From the IMG/VR virus record IMGVR_UViG_3300037424_000947, positions 1-45,267 of that record: a DNA stretch of 45,267 bases, one strand, 5' to 3'. Below are positions 8,387-17,109 of the stretch, one piece after another; within the stretch, counting starts at the first letter, position 1; the number at the start of each line of letters is the position of its first letter. Origin of the DNA: a virus (lineage: Duplodnaviria > Caudoviricetes). The position numbers were made by a program, and so were the translations under genes. The notes under the pieces were generated by a model. That model was not told the DNA's origin. It ran no database searches and saw only the letters and a list, made by a program, of their open reading frames with translations.

Positions 8387-8788
8387 ATGGAAAACTTCAC
8401 CAACGTTTTCGCAGATGCCGACATCATCAGCCGCTACACCCGCGCGCAAGCGATTGAGGATGGCGTGCTCGTGGACCTGATGCAGGACAAGATGCTCGAT
8501 GTGTGCCGGCAGCACTACAAGCACCCGATCGCGGCCACTTCGGCGGTGTTCGACATCATGCAGCGCGCGGTCGAGAACAAGCGCCACTGCAACGACTACG
8601 CCGGCGTGCTGCACGACATGCTCTGGATGAGCCGCGTGTACAGCCGCAAGGTCGACGCCTCGACGGTGCTGTTCAAGGTCATCATCACCGGCGCCGCCCG
8701 CCAGCGCAATTTCGTGTTCAAGCTGGTGGTCGGCCCCGGCGACCAGGGCGAGCCGGTGATCACGATCATGATGCCGAACGAAGACTAA
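8387..8788 (+). CDS. DUF6573-like mobile-element protein
   Basis: YTRAQAIEDGVLVD N-terminal and GPGDQGEPVITIMMPNED C-terminal motifs; family recalled, not searched. Confidence 0.6.
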   Translation: MENFTNVFADADIISRYTRAQAIEDGVLVDLMQDKMLDVCRQHYKHPIAATSAVFDIMQRAVENKRHCNDYAGVLHDMLWMSRVYSRKVDASTVLFKVIITGAARQRNFVFKLVVGPGDQGEPVITIMMPNED

Positions 8789-8796
8789 CCCACCAG

Positions 8797-8827
8797 GACC
8801 CCGCCCACCCGGGCGGGGTCTCTTTTT
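8797..8827 (+). terminator. Intrinsic terminator
   Basis: GACCCCGCCC-ACCC-GGGCGGGGTC followed by TCTTTTT. Confidence 0.8.
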
Positions 8828-8837
8828 GTGAGGACCG

Positions 8838-9035
8838 ATGGCAGACCATAGCAAACGCAATTGGCAGCGCGCCATGCACGATCGTGCCGACCAGGTGGTC
8901 GGGGCGATGCTGGCCGAGACCCGGCCGCCAGCAATGAGCGCGGAGGAGTTTCTCGCGCAGCAGTTGCGTGCCGCCTACGTCACCGGCTACCGCGACGGCC
9001 GCGACTCGATGAAATCACGCGAGGGTCCACAATGA
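8838..9035 (+). CDS. Hypothetical protein
   Basis: 65 aa, GAGGA RBS, ATGA overlap with next gene. Confidence 0.6.
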   Translation: MADHSKRNWQRAMHDRADQVVGAMLAETRPPAMSAEEFLAQQLRAAYVTGYRDGRDSMKSREGPQ

Positions 9036-9244
9036 ACAAGAGAGAATTCGACCGCCGCATCAAGGCGCTCGGCACCCGCAGCCGTGCCCTGCCCGCTGCG
9101 CGCGCGGTGCTAGTCGACGGCGTCTCGCAGAATGCCGCCGCGCGCGAGCTCGAGGTCGACGTCGGCCAGCTCAACCGCCTTGTGACGCGCATCCGCGCGG
9201 TACAGATATGTGAGTGCTGCGGCCAGGCGATCGTCACCGACTAA
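9032..9244 (+). CDS. KorA/TrfB-like HTH protein with C-terminal Cys motif (Aca-like candidate)
   Basis: ARAVLVDGVSQNAAARELEVDVGQLNRLVTRI resembles IncP KorA ARGVLVDGKPQ...AVSQAVHRV; ends CECCG. Confidence 0.65.
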   Translation: MNKREFDRRIKALGTRSRALPAARAVLVDGVSQNAAARELEVDVGQLNRLVTRIRAVQICECCGQAIVTD

Positions 9245-9396
9245 CCTCAACCCCTCCATCGGTCACGGCGTGCCGGCAAAAACCGCCGGCACCCCGTGGC
9301 GTGTACTACGGGCGAACGCTGGCGCGATCGCCCTATTTTTAACAACCGCCACCCCCAAACTTGCCAACTTGCGCAAAAACGCAAACTGGCCTATCG

Positions 9397-9421
9397 GGAC
9401 AAAACTTGGGTAGTTTTGTCC
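9397..9421. promoter_or_regulatory. Inverted repeat before head genes, possible Mor-type activator site
   Basis: GGACAAAACT-TGGGT-AGTTTTGTCC, a perfect 10-bp inverted repeat 25 nt upstream of the gpW start. Confidence 0.5.
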
Positions 9422-9446
9422 AACCCGCCTCATCCATGCTTCGCCC

Positions 9447-9659
9447 ATGGCCTACACCCAGACCGACATCGACAACTTAGAGCGCGCCATCGCTATGGGC
9501 GAGCTCAAGGTCAAGTTCGCCGATCGCGAGGTGACCTATCGCAGCCTCGACGATCTCAAGGCGGCGCTCAGGTTCATCGAGGGCCGCATCGCCGCGCAGT
9601 CGGTGCCGGCCACCGGCCCGCGCCACCAGGTCGCCGACTTCTCGGAGTCGAACACGTGA
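9447..9659 (+). CDS. Head-tail joining protein (gpW-like)
   Basis: MAYTQTDIDNLERAIAMG...VTYRSLDDL pattern; lies before the portal. Confidence 0.85.
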   Translation: MAYTQTDIDNLERAIAMGELKVKFADREVTYRSLDDLKAALRFIEGRIAAQSVPATGPRHQVADFSESNT

Positions 9660-10012
9660 GCGCGCGCGGTATTCTCCGCATCATCGAGGGCGAGCAGCTT
9701 GGGTTTTGGTGTCCGGGCTGCAAAGAGATGCACGTCGTCGGGCCTGGCTGGAAGTTTAACGGCAATTACGACCGACCGACGTTTAGCCCGAGCGTGCTGG
9801 TTACATCGGGCCATTACCTCGCGAGTCACAAACAGGGCGAACCGTGCTGGTGTACCTACGCGGCTGAGCACCCAGACCAAATCACCCCCAAGTGTTTCCG
9901 TTGCCACTCATTCGTGATCGATGGGCAGATCCAGTTCCTGGGCGATTGCACGCACGAACTCGCCGGCAAGACGGTTCCGCTGATGCCGCCGGCTCATTTC
10001 CTGAAATCATAA
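9656..10012 (+). CDS. Cys/His-rich putative Zn-binding protein (DUF6527-like)
   Basis: FWCPGC..H, WKFNG, PTFSPS, CHSF and DCTH motifs; GTGA overlap with gpW. Confidence 0.6.
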   Translation: MSARGILRIIEGEQLGFWCPGCKEMHVVGPGWKFNGNYDRPTFSPSVLVTSGHYLASHKQGEPCWCTYAAEHPDQITPKCFRCHSFVIDGQIQFLGDCTHELAGKTVPLMPPAHFLKS

Positions 10013-10014
10013 AC

Positions 10015-11571
10015 ATGAACCTCCTCGACCGCGCCATCGCCACCGTCTCGCCCACCTGGGCGGTCAAGCGTGTGCACGCGCGTTCGGTGCTCGCCTATCA
10101 CGAGGCGGTGAAGACCACGCGCCTGCGCCGCGCACGCACTAAAGACGGCCGCGGCGATCAGATCGTCGGCATGAGCGCGGCCAAGCTGCGCATCTATGCG
10201 CGCGACATGGAGCGCAACCACGACATCTCGCGCGGCGCGTTGAATCGCCTGGTGCAGAACATCGTCGGCCCGCGCGGCATCACCATCGAACCGCAGCCGC
10301 GCACGAAAGGCGGCGAGATTCACGAAACCTTCGCGCGCGAGATCCTCGCGCTGTGGCGCGACTTCGGCAAGCGGCCCGAAGTCACGTGGCAGCACGACTG
10401 GCCATCGAGCCAGCGCTTGCTGTGCCGTTCCTGGATGCGCGATGGCGAATCCTTCGCGCAGCGGCTCATGGGCAGCGTGCCCGGTCTCGACCACGGCACC
10501 GAGGTGCCCTACTCGATCGAGATGATGGAATCCGACAGCGTGCCGCTCGACTACTACGACGAGGCGCACCGCATCACGCAAGGTGTCGAGCGCAACGCGT
10601 GGGGCCGGCCGGTCGGCTACTGGCTCTACAAGATCGACCCGGCGAAACTCTACAACCTCACGACCATCGCGGACCTCAAGCGCGTGGGCGCCGAGCGAAT
10701 GCTCCACGTGAAACTTGTCGACCGCATGTTGCAGGCGCGCGGGATTTCCGTTTTTGCCTCCGTGCTCACGCGCCTGGACGACGTGAAAGACTACGAAGAC
10801 TCCGAGCGCATCGCGGCCAAAGTCGCCGCGTCGATGGCCGCCTACATCAAGAAGGGCGCGCCTGATAACTACGTGCAAAAGCTCAACGATGACGGAACCG
10901 AACCTGAGCCGCGCAACATGAAGTTCCGCCCCGGCGTCGTGTTCGACGATTTGTTGCTCGGCGAAGAGATCGGCACCATCAACACCAACCGCCCGAATAC
11001 CGGGCTCGAAGCGTTCCGCCAAGGGCAACTGCGCGCGGTGGCCGCAGGCATCGATGTCGGCTACTCATCCCTCTCTCGCTACTACGATGGCAACTACAAC
11101 TCACAGCGCCAGGAGCTTATCGATCAGTGGGCTGCTTACGGCGTGTTGCAATCGGAATTCGGCGCGCGTGTTGTGGTGCCGGTGTACGGGGATTTTCTCA
11201 ATGTCGCCATTCTCTCGGGCCGTCTCAAGGTGCCTACCGACCTCGACCCCGCTTCGCTCGACGACGCGATCCTGGTCGGCCCGCAGATGCCATGGATCGA
11301 TCCGGTGAAGGAGATGCTCGCGAACAAAGGCCTCGAGCGTGCCGGCTACAAACCGGCGCAGCAGACCATCCGCGAGCGCGGCGGCAACCCGAACGACGTG
11401 TTCGAGCAGATCCGCCTCTGGCGCAAGAAGGCCGACGCGGCCGAGCTGGTGTTCGACTCCGATCCCGCGAAGACGGCCAACGCCGGCACGGCGCAAGATT
11501 ACCTGCGCGAGCAGGTCGACAACCAAGACGAAGGAGGCAGCAATGCCGCAACCCAAGCTACCCAGCGCTAA
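10015..11571 (+). CDS. Portal protein, lambda family
   Basis: LRIYARDMERN, RDGE, QGVERNAWGRPVGY, QARG and WIDPVKE motifs. Confidence 0.95.
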   Translation: MNLLDRAIATVSPTWAVKRVHARSVLAYHEAVKTTRLRRARTKDGRGDQIVGMSAAKLRIYARDMERNHDISRGALNRLVQNIVGPRGITIEPQPRTKGGEIHETFAREILALWRDFGKRPEVTWQHDWPSSQRLLCRSWMRDGESFAQRLMGSVPGLDHGTEVPYSIEMMESDSVPLDYYDEAHRITQGVERNAWGRPVGYWLYKIDPAKLYNLTTIADLKRVGAERMLHVKLVDRMLQARGISVFASVLTRLDDVKDYEDSERIAAKVAASMAAYIKKGAPDNYVQKLNDDGTEPEPRNMKFRPGVVFDDLLLGEEIGTINTNRPNTGLEAFRQGQLRAVAAGIDVGYSSLSRYYDGNYNSQRQELIDQWAAYGVLQSEFGARVVVPVYGDFLNVAILSGRLKVPTDLDPASLDDAILVGPQMPWIDPVKEMLANKGLERAGYKPAQQTIRERGGNPNDVFEQIRLWRKKADAAELVFDSDPAKTANAGTAQDYLREQVDNQDEGGSNAATQATQR

Positions 11572-13645
11572 TCCGCCGCCGGAGAATAAAAACTGGTACA
11601 CCATCCGCGCGAAGAGCGAGGACACCGCCGAGGTGCTCATCTACGGCGACATCGGCGACTCGTGGTACGGCGAGAGCGTCACCGCGCAGCAGTTCGTGAA
11701 AGAGCTGCAGGCACTCGGCGACAAGAACCTCGTCGTGCGCATCAACTCCTACGGCGGCTCGGTGTCCGACGGCGCCGCGATCTACAACGCCATCAAGCGC
11801 CACCCCAAGAGCAAGACGGTCGAGATCGACGGCGTGGCAGTGTCCATCGCCTCGCTCATTGCCATGGCCGGCGATACCGTGAACATCGCGGCCAACGCGC
11901 TGTTCATGGTGCACGCGCCCTGGGGCTACGCCATCGGCAACTCTGCGGAGATGCGCAAATACGCCGACGTGCTCGACAAGTACGCCGAGGCGATGGCGAC
12001 AAGCTATGCCAGCAAAACCGGCAAGACGGCGGAGGAAATCTACGAGCTGCTCTCCGATGGCGCCGACCACTGGTACACGGCGCAGGAGGCGAAAGACGCC
12101 GGCTTCGTCAATGCCATCACCACTGCCACGCAGGACGAGGAATCCGCCCGCTACCAGCAGGCGGCGCTCGCCCGCTTCAAAATCCCGGCGGCTGCCGCCG
12201 CCCGTTTCGCGGCCGTTGCCGCTCAACTCACTCCCAACAAGGAGATCGTTATGCCCCTAAACAAAGACCCGGCGGCCGACCCGAAGCCGGACAACGTCGT
12301 CGAAATCGAAAAGGTCGCAGAGGCCAAAGCGCAGGCGAAGATCGCAGCCCGCAACGAAGAGATCTCCGATCTGTTCGCGCTGGTCGGCACGCGCGCCGGC
12401 GCCAACAACGCCGAGTTCGCGGAGCTGCACCGCGCCTGTCTGGCCGACACCAAGCTAACGGTGGCGGAGGTGCGCAAGAAGATCATGGACAAGCTCGGCG
12501 AAGGCAGCGAGTCGCTCGCCGGTATCGCCTCCGGCCGCGCGATCGCGGGCGAGGATGCGCGCGACAAGCAGCGCATCGCCATGGTCGGCTCGCTGGCCGC
12601 GCGCATGGGCGCGGAGAAGGCCGACGGCGCCAACCCCTACCGCGGCATGCGCCTGCACGAACTCGCGCGCGCCTGTCTGCAGGCGAGCGGCGTGAAGGTC
12701 GACGGCCTGTCGATGATGGACCTCGCCGCGGCTGCGCTCACGCGCCAGTCGCCGCGCGGCGCGCAGACCACGAGCGACTTCCCGGTCATCCTCGAGAACA
12801 CCATGCACAAGCTGGTGCTCACGGGCTTCATGGCGCAGACCGCCACCTGGCAGCGCTTCTGCAAGACTGGCACGGTGTCGGACTTCCGCGCGTGGAACCG
12901 CCTGGTGCCCGGCTTGCTCGGCAACCTCGACACCGTGAACGAGGCCGGTGAGTACGTGAACAAGAACATCCCGGACGCGCAGAAGGAAAGCATCCAGGCT
13001 ACTCGCAAGGGCAACATCATCAACGTCACGCCCGAGGTGCTGGTCAATGACGACATCGGCTACATCCAGTCGATGGCCTCCGGCCTCGGCGCCACGGGCC
13101 AGCGCGCCATCGAGCGCGCCGTGTATGCGGTGCTCAACAGCAACCCGGTCATGGCGGATGGCAACGCGCTGTATTCGGTGGCGCACGGCAACCTTGCCGC
13201 CGTCGGTGCGGTGCCGTCGGTGATCACGCTCGATGCCGCGCGCCAGGCGCTCATGTCGCAGACGGCGCCGGGTACGGATGCCGAATATCTCGACATCCAG
13301 CCGGCCGTGGCCGTGGTGCCGCTCGCGCAGGGCGGCAACACGCGCGTGATCGTCAACGCCGTCTACGACCCCGACACCGCGAATAAGCTGCAGCGGCCGA
13401 ACATGGTCAACGGCATGGTCAAGGACATCGTGGACAGCCCGCGCGTCGCCGGCACCGTCTGGCACATCCTGGCCGACCCGAACGTCGCGCCGATATACGA
13501 GGTGGTGTTCCTCGATGGCCAGCAGACGCCGGCGTTGAGCGAGGAGGTGAACTTCCGCACCTCCGGCCTGGCGTGGAAGATCGAGCTGCCGTTCGGCGTC
13601 GGCGCCATCAGCTGGCGCGGCGGGTATCGAAACGCGGGTGCATAG
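11543..13645 (+). CDS. ClpP-like prohead protease / major capsid protein fusion
   Basis: IYGDIG, RINSYGGSV, SIASLI and MVHAP (S14 protease), then TTSDFP and SDFR capsid motifs; AAGGAGG RBS. Confidence 0.92.
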   Translation: MPQPKLPSANPPPENKNWYTIRAKSEDTAEVLIYGDIGDSWYGESVTAQQFVKELQALGDKNLVVRINSYGGSVSDGAAIYNAIKRHPKSKTVEIDGVAVSIASLIAMAGDTVNIAANALFMVHAPWGYAIGNSAEMRKYADVLDKYAEAMATSYASKTGKTAEEIYELLSDGADHWYTAQEAKDAGFVNAITTATQDEESARYQQAALARFKIPAAAAARFAAVAAQLTPNKEIVMPLNKDPAADPKPDNVVEIEKVAEAKAQAKIAARNEEISDLFALVGTRAGANNAEFAELHRACLADTKLTVAEVRKKIMDKLGEGSESLAGIASGRAIAGEDARDKQRIAMVGSLAARMGAEKADGANPYRGMRLHELARACLQASGVKVDGLSMMDLAAAALTRQSPRGAQTTSDFPVILENTMHKLVLTGFMAQTATWQRFCKTGTVSDFRAWNRLVPGLLGNLDTVNEAGEYVNKNIPDAQKESIQATRKGNIINVTPEVLVNDDIGYIQSMASGLGATGQRAIERAVYAVLNSNPVMADGNALYSVAHGNLAAVGAVPSVITLDAARQALMSQTAPGTDAEYLDIQPAVAVVPLAQGGNTRVIVNAVYDPDTANKLQRPNMVNGMVKDIVDSPRVAGTVWHILADPNVAPIYEVVFLDGQQTPALSEEVNFRTSGLAWKIELPFGVGAISWRGGYRNAGA

Positions 13646-13660
13646 GCCTGACCTGACGAC

Positions 13661-13694
13661 CGGGCCGGTTGACCGGCCCGGTTTCCCCAGAAAC
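13661..13694. promoter_or_regulatory. Hairpin after the capsid gene plus parS/NBS-like site 2 (GTTTCCCCAGAAAC, 13681-13694)
   Basis: CGGGCCGGT-TG-ACCGGCCCG stem directly followed by GTTTC-N4-GAAAC. Confidence 0.5.
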
Positions 13695-13725
13695 CAAACA
13701 ACGAACACGAAACAAGGAGCGCATC

Positions 13726-14064
13726 ATGCCTAGCAGCTATCTTCAACCCGGTGACACACTCACCGTCACCAACAGCACCGGCGTGGCCATCGCGGCCGGT
13801 GCCGGCATCCTGGTCGGCACCCGCGTGGCCGTCGCAATGGTCGATCTCGCCATCGCCGCCAGCGGCAGCGCCATGTTCACCGGCGTGCACAACGTTACCA
13901 AAAGCGTCGCCGCCGGCTCCGGCGGCGCGCAGGGTGCGGCCGTGTACTGGGATAACACCGCGAAAAATTTCACCGCGGTGGTAACCGCCAACACGCTGGC
14001 CGGCTATTTCGCCGAGACCGTCGCCGACGCCGTCGCGACGTGTAAGGTCAAGCTGCTCAGCTAA
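13726..14064 (+). CDS. Capsid cement/decoration protein (DUF2190-like)
   Basis: SYLQPGDTL start and GAAVYWD motif; follows the capsid fusion. Confidence 0.75.
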   Translation: MPSSYLQPGDTLTVTNSTGVAIAAGAGILVGTRVAVAMVDLAIAASGSAMFTGVHNVTKSVAAGSGGAQGAAVYWDNTAKNFTAVVTANTLAGYFAETVADAVATCKVKLLS

Positions 14065-14068
14065 GTCG

Positions 14069-14374
14069 ATGGTCGACTACACCGCCATGCGCCAGTCCCT
14101 GCTCGCCGTGTTCGGCGAGCCGGTGCAGGTCATGGTGGGCGCGGTGACAAGCCCGCTCACCGCGGCCTACCTCGCGCCGTATCAGGGCATGGACGTGGGC
14201 GGCGTACCGGTCAGCCGGCCCAACCCGCAGTTCATGGTCGACGCCGCCGAGTGGGATGTGGTCGGCGCAAACCGTGGCGACACCATCACACGCAATGGCA
14301 CCGTCTACACGATCGTCGACGCGCAGCCGACTGATGACGGGCTCACCACGATCAACGTGAGGCGCTACGCATGA
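14069..14374 (+). CDS. Head-tail joining protein
   Basis: FGEPV...GDTITRNGTVYTIVDAQPTDDG pattern and position. Confidence 0.7.
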   Translation: MVDYTAMRQSLLAVFGEPVQVMVGAVTSPLTAAYLAPYQGMDVGGVPVSRPNPQFMVDAAEWDVVGANRGDTITRNGTVYTIVDAQPTDDGLTTINVRRYA

Positions 14375-14901
14375 TCGCTCTCGAGATCGATCCCCGCGGG
14401 CTCGCCGCCGTCGAGGCGGCGCTCGTGGCGCGGCCGGCACAAGCAACGCGCGCGCTCGTGCGGGCGATCAATAAGACGCTCTCATGGGCGACCAGTCAAG
14501 GCCAGCGCGCAATCGCGGCCAAGCACAATATTCCGCTCAAGGCGCTGCGCGCGCGCCGGCGCACCGCGGTGGCCCGGGCAACATCCAAGCATCTATCCGG
14601 GCGTGCCTGGTTTGGTACGGCGCCGATCAAGGCCGCATATCTCGGAACGCCGCGGCAGACCAAGGCGGGCGCCCGCGTGGGCAGGCTGGCGTTCGCCGGT
14701 GCATTCGTCGCGCCCATGCCCTCGGGGCATGTAGGCATTTTCCGCCGTCTAGGCACCTCGCGCCTGCCCATCGTCGAGGAGGAGGTGCGCCTGACGGCCG
14801 CGGAGCAGGCGCTGAGTGGCGTGAAATCGCAACTGGCGGAACGATTGCAGACCGTGTTTTTCCAGGAAATGAACTACGAAACAAATGTGAAGAGGCGCTG
14901 A
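14371..14901 (+). CDS. Tail completion protein (lambda gpZ-like)
   Basis: RALVRAINKT and GAFVAPMPSGHVGIFRR..RLPI motifs. Confidence 0.75.
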   Translation: MIALEIDPRGLAAVEAALVARPAQATRALVRAINKTLSWATSQGQRAIAAKHNIPLKALRARRRTAVARATSKHLSGRAWFGTAPIKAAYLGTPRQTKAGARVGRLAFAGAFVAPMPSGHVGIFRRLGTSRLPIVEEEVRLTAAEQALSGVKSQLAERLQTVFFQEMNYETNVKRR

Positions 14902-15095
14902 TGGATGCCATCGCGAGTCAGCTGTTGTCGTCGGTGATTTCGGGCTTGCTCGGTGGGGCAGTTACGGGTGTCGCCGCGATATCGGCGATCCGCATCGAGA
15001 TCAAATATCTGCGGCGCGATGTGGATCACGCGCACAAACGTATCGACCGCGTCGAAGAGCGGCCGATGAAAACAAAATACGGAGAGCCCACGTGA
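14901..15095 (+). CDS. Small membrane / coiled-coil protein
   Basis: Gly-rich hydrophobic segment then IKYLRRDVDHAHKRID; coupled on both sides. Confidence 0.55.
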   Translation: MDAIASQLLSSVISGLLGGAVTGVAAISAIRIEIKYLRRDVDHAHKRIDRVEERPMKTKYGEPT

Positions 15096-15526
15096 TCAAT
15101 CCGCTCGATGCCGAGCCGCTCATTCTTGCGCGCCTGTCCGCCCAGATCACGGGCGTGAAGATCGCCTCGGCGGCCTCCATCGCGGGCACGCTGGACATCA
15201 CCGCAATATTGCCCGCGATGTTCCTGCAGCCCGGCGCCGCGGCGATCGTGAGCGGCACGGGTGACGGCCGCGGTACGCTCGAGGAACAGACGTGGTATCT
15301 CATCGTGGCCGTCGCGGCGATTCCTGATCCCGAGACACTCAGCGCCAATTACCAGGCCGCCGGTGATTTGATCGGCAAGGCCATCGAGGCCCTGGCCGGC
15401 TGGTCACCGTCGCCGAACTTCCGGCCGATGCGGTATGCGGGCCGCGACGATACGGAGATGTCGCTCGGCTGGGTCGAGTTCCCGATCCGCTTCACGGTGC
15501 GCCGGACCATCACCATAGGGGCATGA
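15092..15526 (+). CDS. Tail terminator protein
   Basis: Position before the tube gene; QTWYLIV and ALAGWSP motifs. Confidence 0.65.
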   Translation: MINPLDAEPLILARLSAQITGVKIASAASIAGTLDITAILPAMFLQPGAAAIVSGTGDGRGTLEEQTWYLIVAVAAIPDPETLSANYQAAGDLIGKAIEALAGWSPSPNFRPMRYAGRDDTEMSLGWVEFPIRFTVRRTITIGA

Positions 15527-15527
15527 C

Positions 15528-15707
15528 ATGAAAACCAAAACCATCGAGATCCTCTGCGATAAGCACACGCATGCAGGACGCGATTATCCGCGCGGCGCGA
15601 TCATCCAGCACATGGATGCGGATTCCGCCGATTGGCTGATCAGCCTCGCGCGCGCAAAAGAGACCGATAACAAATCCAAGCCGCTCAAGAAGGAGAGCCA
15701 AGCATGA
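15528..15707 (+). CDS. Small tail-region protein (59 aa, absent from ORF track)
   Basis: MKTKTIEILCDKHTHAGRDYPRG...ADWLI; ATGA overlap with the tube gene. Confidence 0.6.
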   Translation: MKTKTIEILCDKHTHAGRDYPRGAIIQHMDADSADWLISLARAKETDNKSKPLKKESQA

Positions 15708-16459
15708 AACTCGTATCCCTGCAGGGCAATGTCTACGTCGCCAACCGCGATACCAATGGTAATCCGCTCGCCTTCCGCCATCTCGGCAACGTGCCATCGA
15801 TCGAGATCACGCTCGAATCGGGCACGGTCGATCATTTCGAGTCGACCTCGGGTCAGCGGCTGCAGGATGGGCGGCTCATCATCAGCAAGACCGCGGGTCT
15901 TTCGATGACGCTCGATGAATGGACGACGAAAAATCTGGCGCTCGCGCTCTACGGCACTGATGCAGTGATTGCCGGCAGCACCGTCACCGCGGAGGTGTTC
16001 CCGGCTGGACTCGTCAATGGTGATTTCGTGCGCCTCACGAAGCAGGATGTATCCGCCGTGGTGATCAAAGACAGCGCCGGTGTACCGGTAACACTCGTGG
16101 AAGGCACCGATTACCAGATCACGAGCGCCAAACACGGCACGATCAAGATCCTCAATGTAGGCACCTACATACAGCCATTCAAGGCGGATTACACCTACGC
16201 CGGCGGCACCAATATCGCGCTATTCAGCGCCGCGCCGCCCGAGCTGTGGCTGAAAGTGGACGGCGTGAACACGGCCGAGGCGAACAAGCCCGTGCTCGCG
16301 GAACTCTATCGCGTGATCCTCGATCCCGTCGCCGCGCTCGCGCTCATTCACAACGAAGGCTATGGGCCGATGGAGCTCTCGGGTGCGGTGCTCTACGACG
16401 CGACCAAGGTCGCCGATACGACGCTCGGACAGTTCGGCCATATGGTAGAGATGGCGTAA
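15704..16459 (+). CDS. Major tail tube protein
   Basis: QGNVYVA..GNV, HFESTSG and NLALALYG motifs; AAGGAG RBS. Confidence 0.85.
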   Translation: MKLVSLQGNVYVANRDTNGNPLAFRHLGNVPSIEITLESGTVDHFESTSGQRLQDGRLIISKTAGLSMTLDEWTTKNLALALYGTDAVIAGSTVTAEVFPAGLVNGDFVRLTKQDVSAVVIKDSAGVPVTLVEGTDYQITSAKHGTIKILNVGTYIQPFKADYTYAGGTNIALFSAAPPELWLKVDGVNTAEANKPVLAELYRVILDPVAALALIHNEGYGPMELSGAVLYDATKVADTTLGQFGHMVEMA

Positions 16460-16474
16460 ATGCCGGAGTAAATA

Positions 16475-16945
16475 ATGACTGACGCCAAAACCACAAGCGA
16501 CGCCGAGGTCCTCTTCGCCGGTGAGGAGATCACCATCGGCGGCGAGACGATCATGGTGCGGGAGTTCCGCTACCTCGAGGGTCTCAAGGCGACCGCGATC
16601 GCGCGGCCGATCCTCGCGGGCCTGCGCGCGCTCATCGAGGCGCGCGCGGACTTTGCACCCGAGGCACTCGATGCGCTGATCAGCGAGCATCATGAGGCCT
16701 GGCTCGCGCTCATCAGCATGAGCACCGGTCGGCCGGTGGAATGGATTGCGACGCTGAACGACAAAGCGGGGATTGCACTTTCGCTCACCTTCTGGTCGGT
16801 GAACGGCCCTTTTTTTACGAGGCGGCTGGTGCTCGCGGGGGCGCTCGCCGCGGAGCTGGGCAAGCTATCCCGCTCGCGGAAATCTTCGCCGAGCTCGTCG
16901 CCGGCGGATTCGGCCGAGATCACCGCGACATCGGCGAGCGCCTGA
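16475..16945 (+). CDS. Tail assembly chaperone (gpG-like)
   Basis: Between tube and tape measure genes; FWSVNGPFF at the slippery site. Confidence 0.8.
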   Translation: MTDAKTTSDAEVLFAGEEITIGGETIMVREFRYLEGLKATAIARPILAGLRALIEARADFAPEALDALISEHHEAWLALISMSTGRPVEWIATLNDKAGIALSLTFWSVNGPFFTRRLVLAGALAAELGKLSRSRKSSPSSSPADSAEITATSASA

Positions 16946-17085
16946 CCTGGCGCCAGATCCGGCGTTACTACGAGATTGCCCAGGCACGCCGCCGTCGCCA
17001 CCGCGCAGATCTCATCGAGGCGGTAGCCGTCGGATGCAACGGCAAAAACGTGGGCCGGACAATCCAAAAATTGAGAAAGGGCTAG
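16807..17085 (+). CDS. -1 frameshift extension of the tail chaperone (gpGT-like)
   Basis: Slippery C-CCT-TTT-TTT at 16807-16816; the -1 frame stays open to 17085 (LTWRQIRRYY). Confidence 0.75.
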   Translation, partial: PFFYEAAGARGGARRGAGQAIPLAEIFAELVAGGFGRDHRDIGERLTWRQIRRYYEIAQARRRRHRADLIEAVAVGCNGKNVGRTIQKLRKG

Positions 17086-17109
17086 CGATGACAATGGGCA
17101 TTCTCACGC

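Noticed and set aside
11662-13708. Long alternative-frame ORFs (429 aa plus, 417 aa minus) over the capsid gene
   Set aside because: Frame and strand shadows with Arg/Ala-biased composition, expected at high GC.
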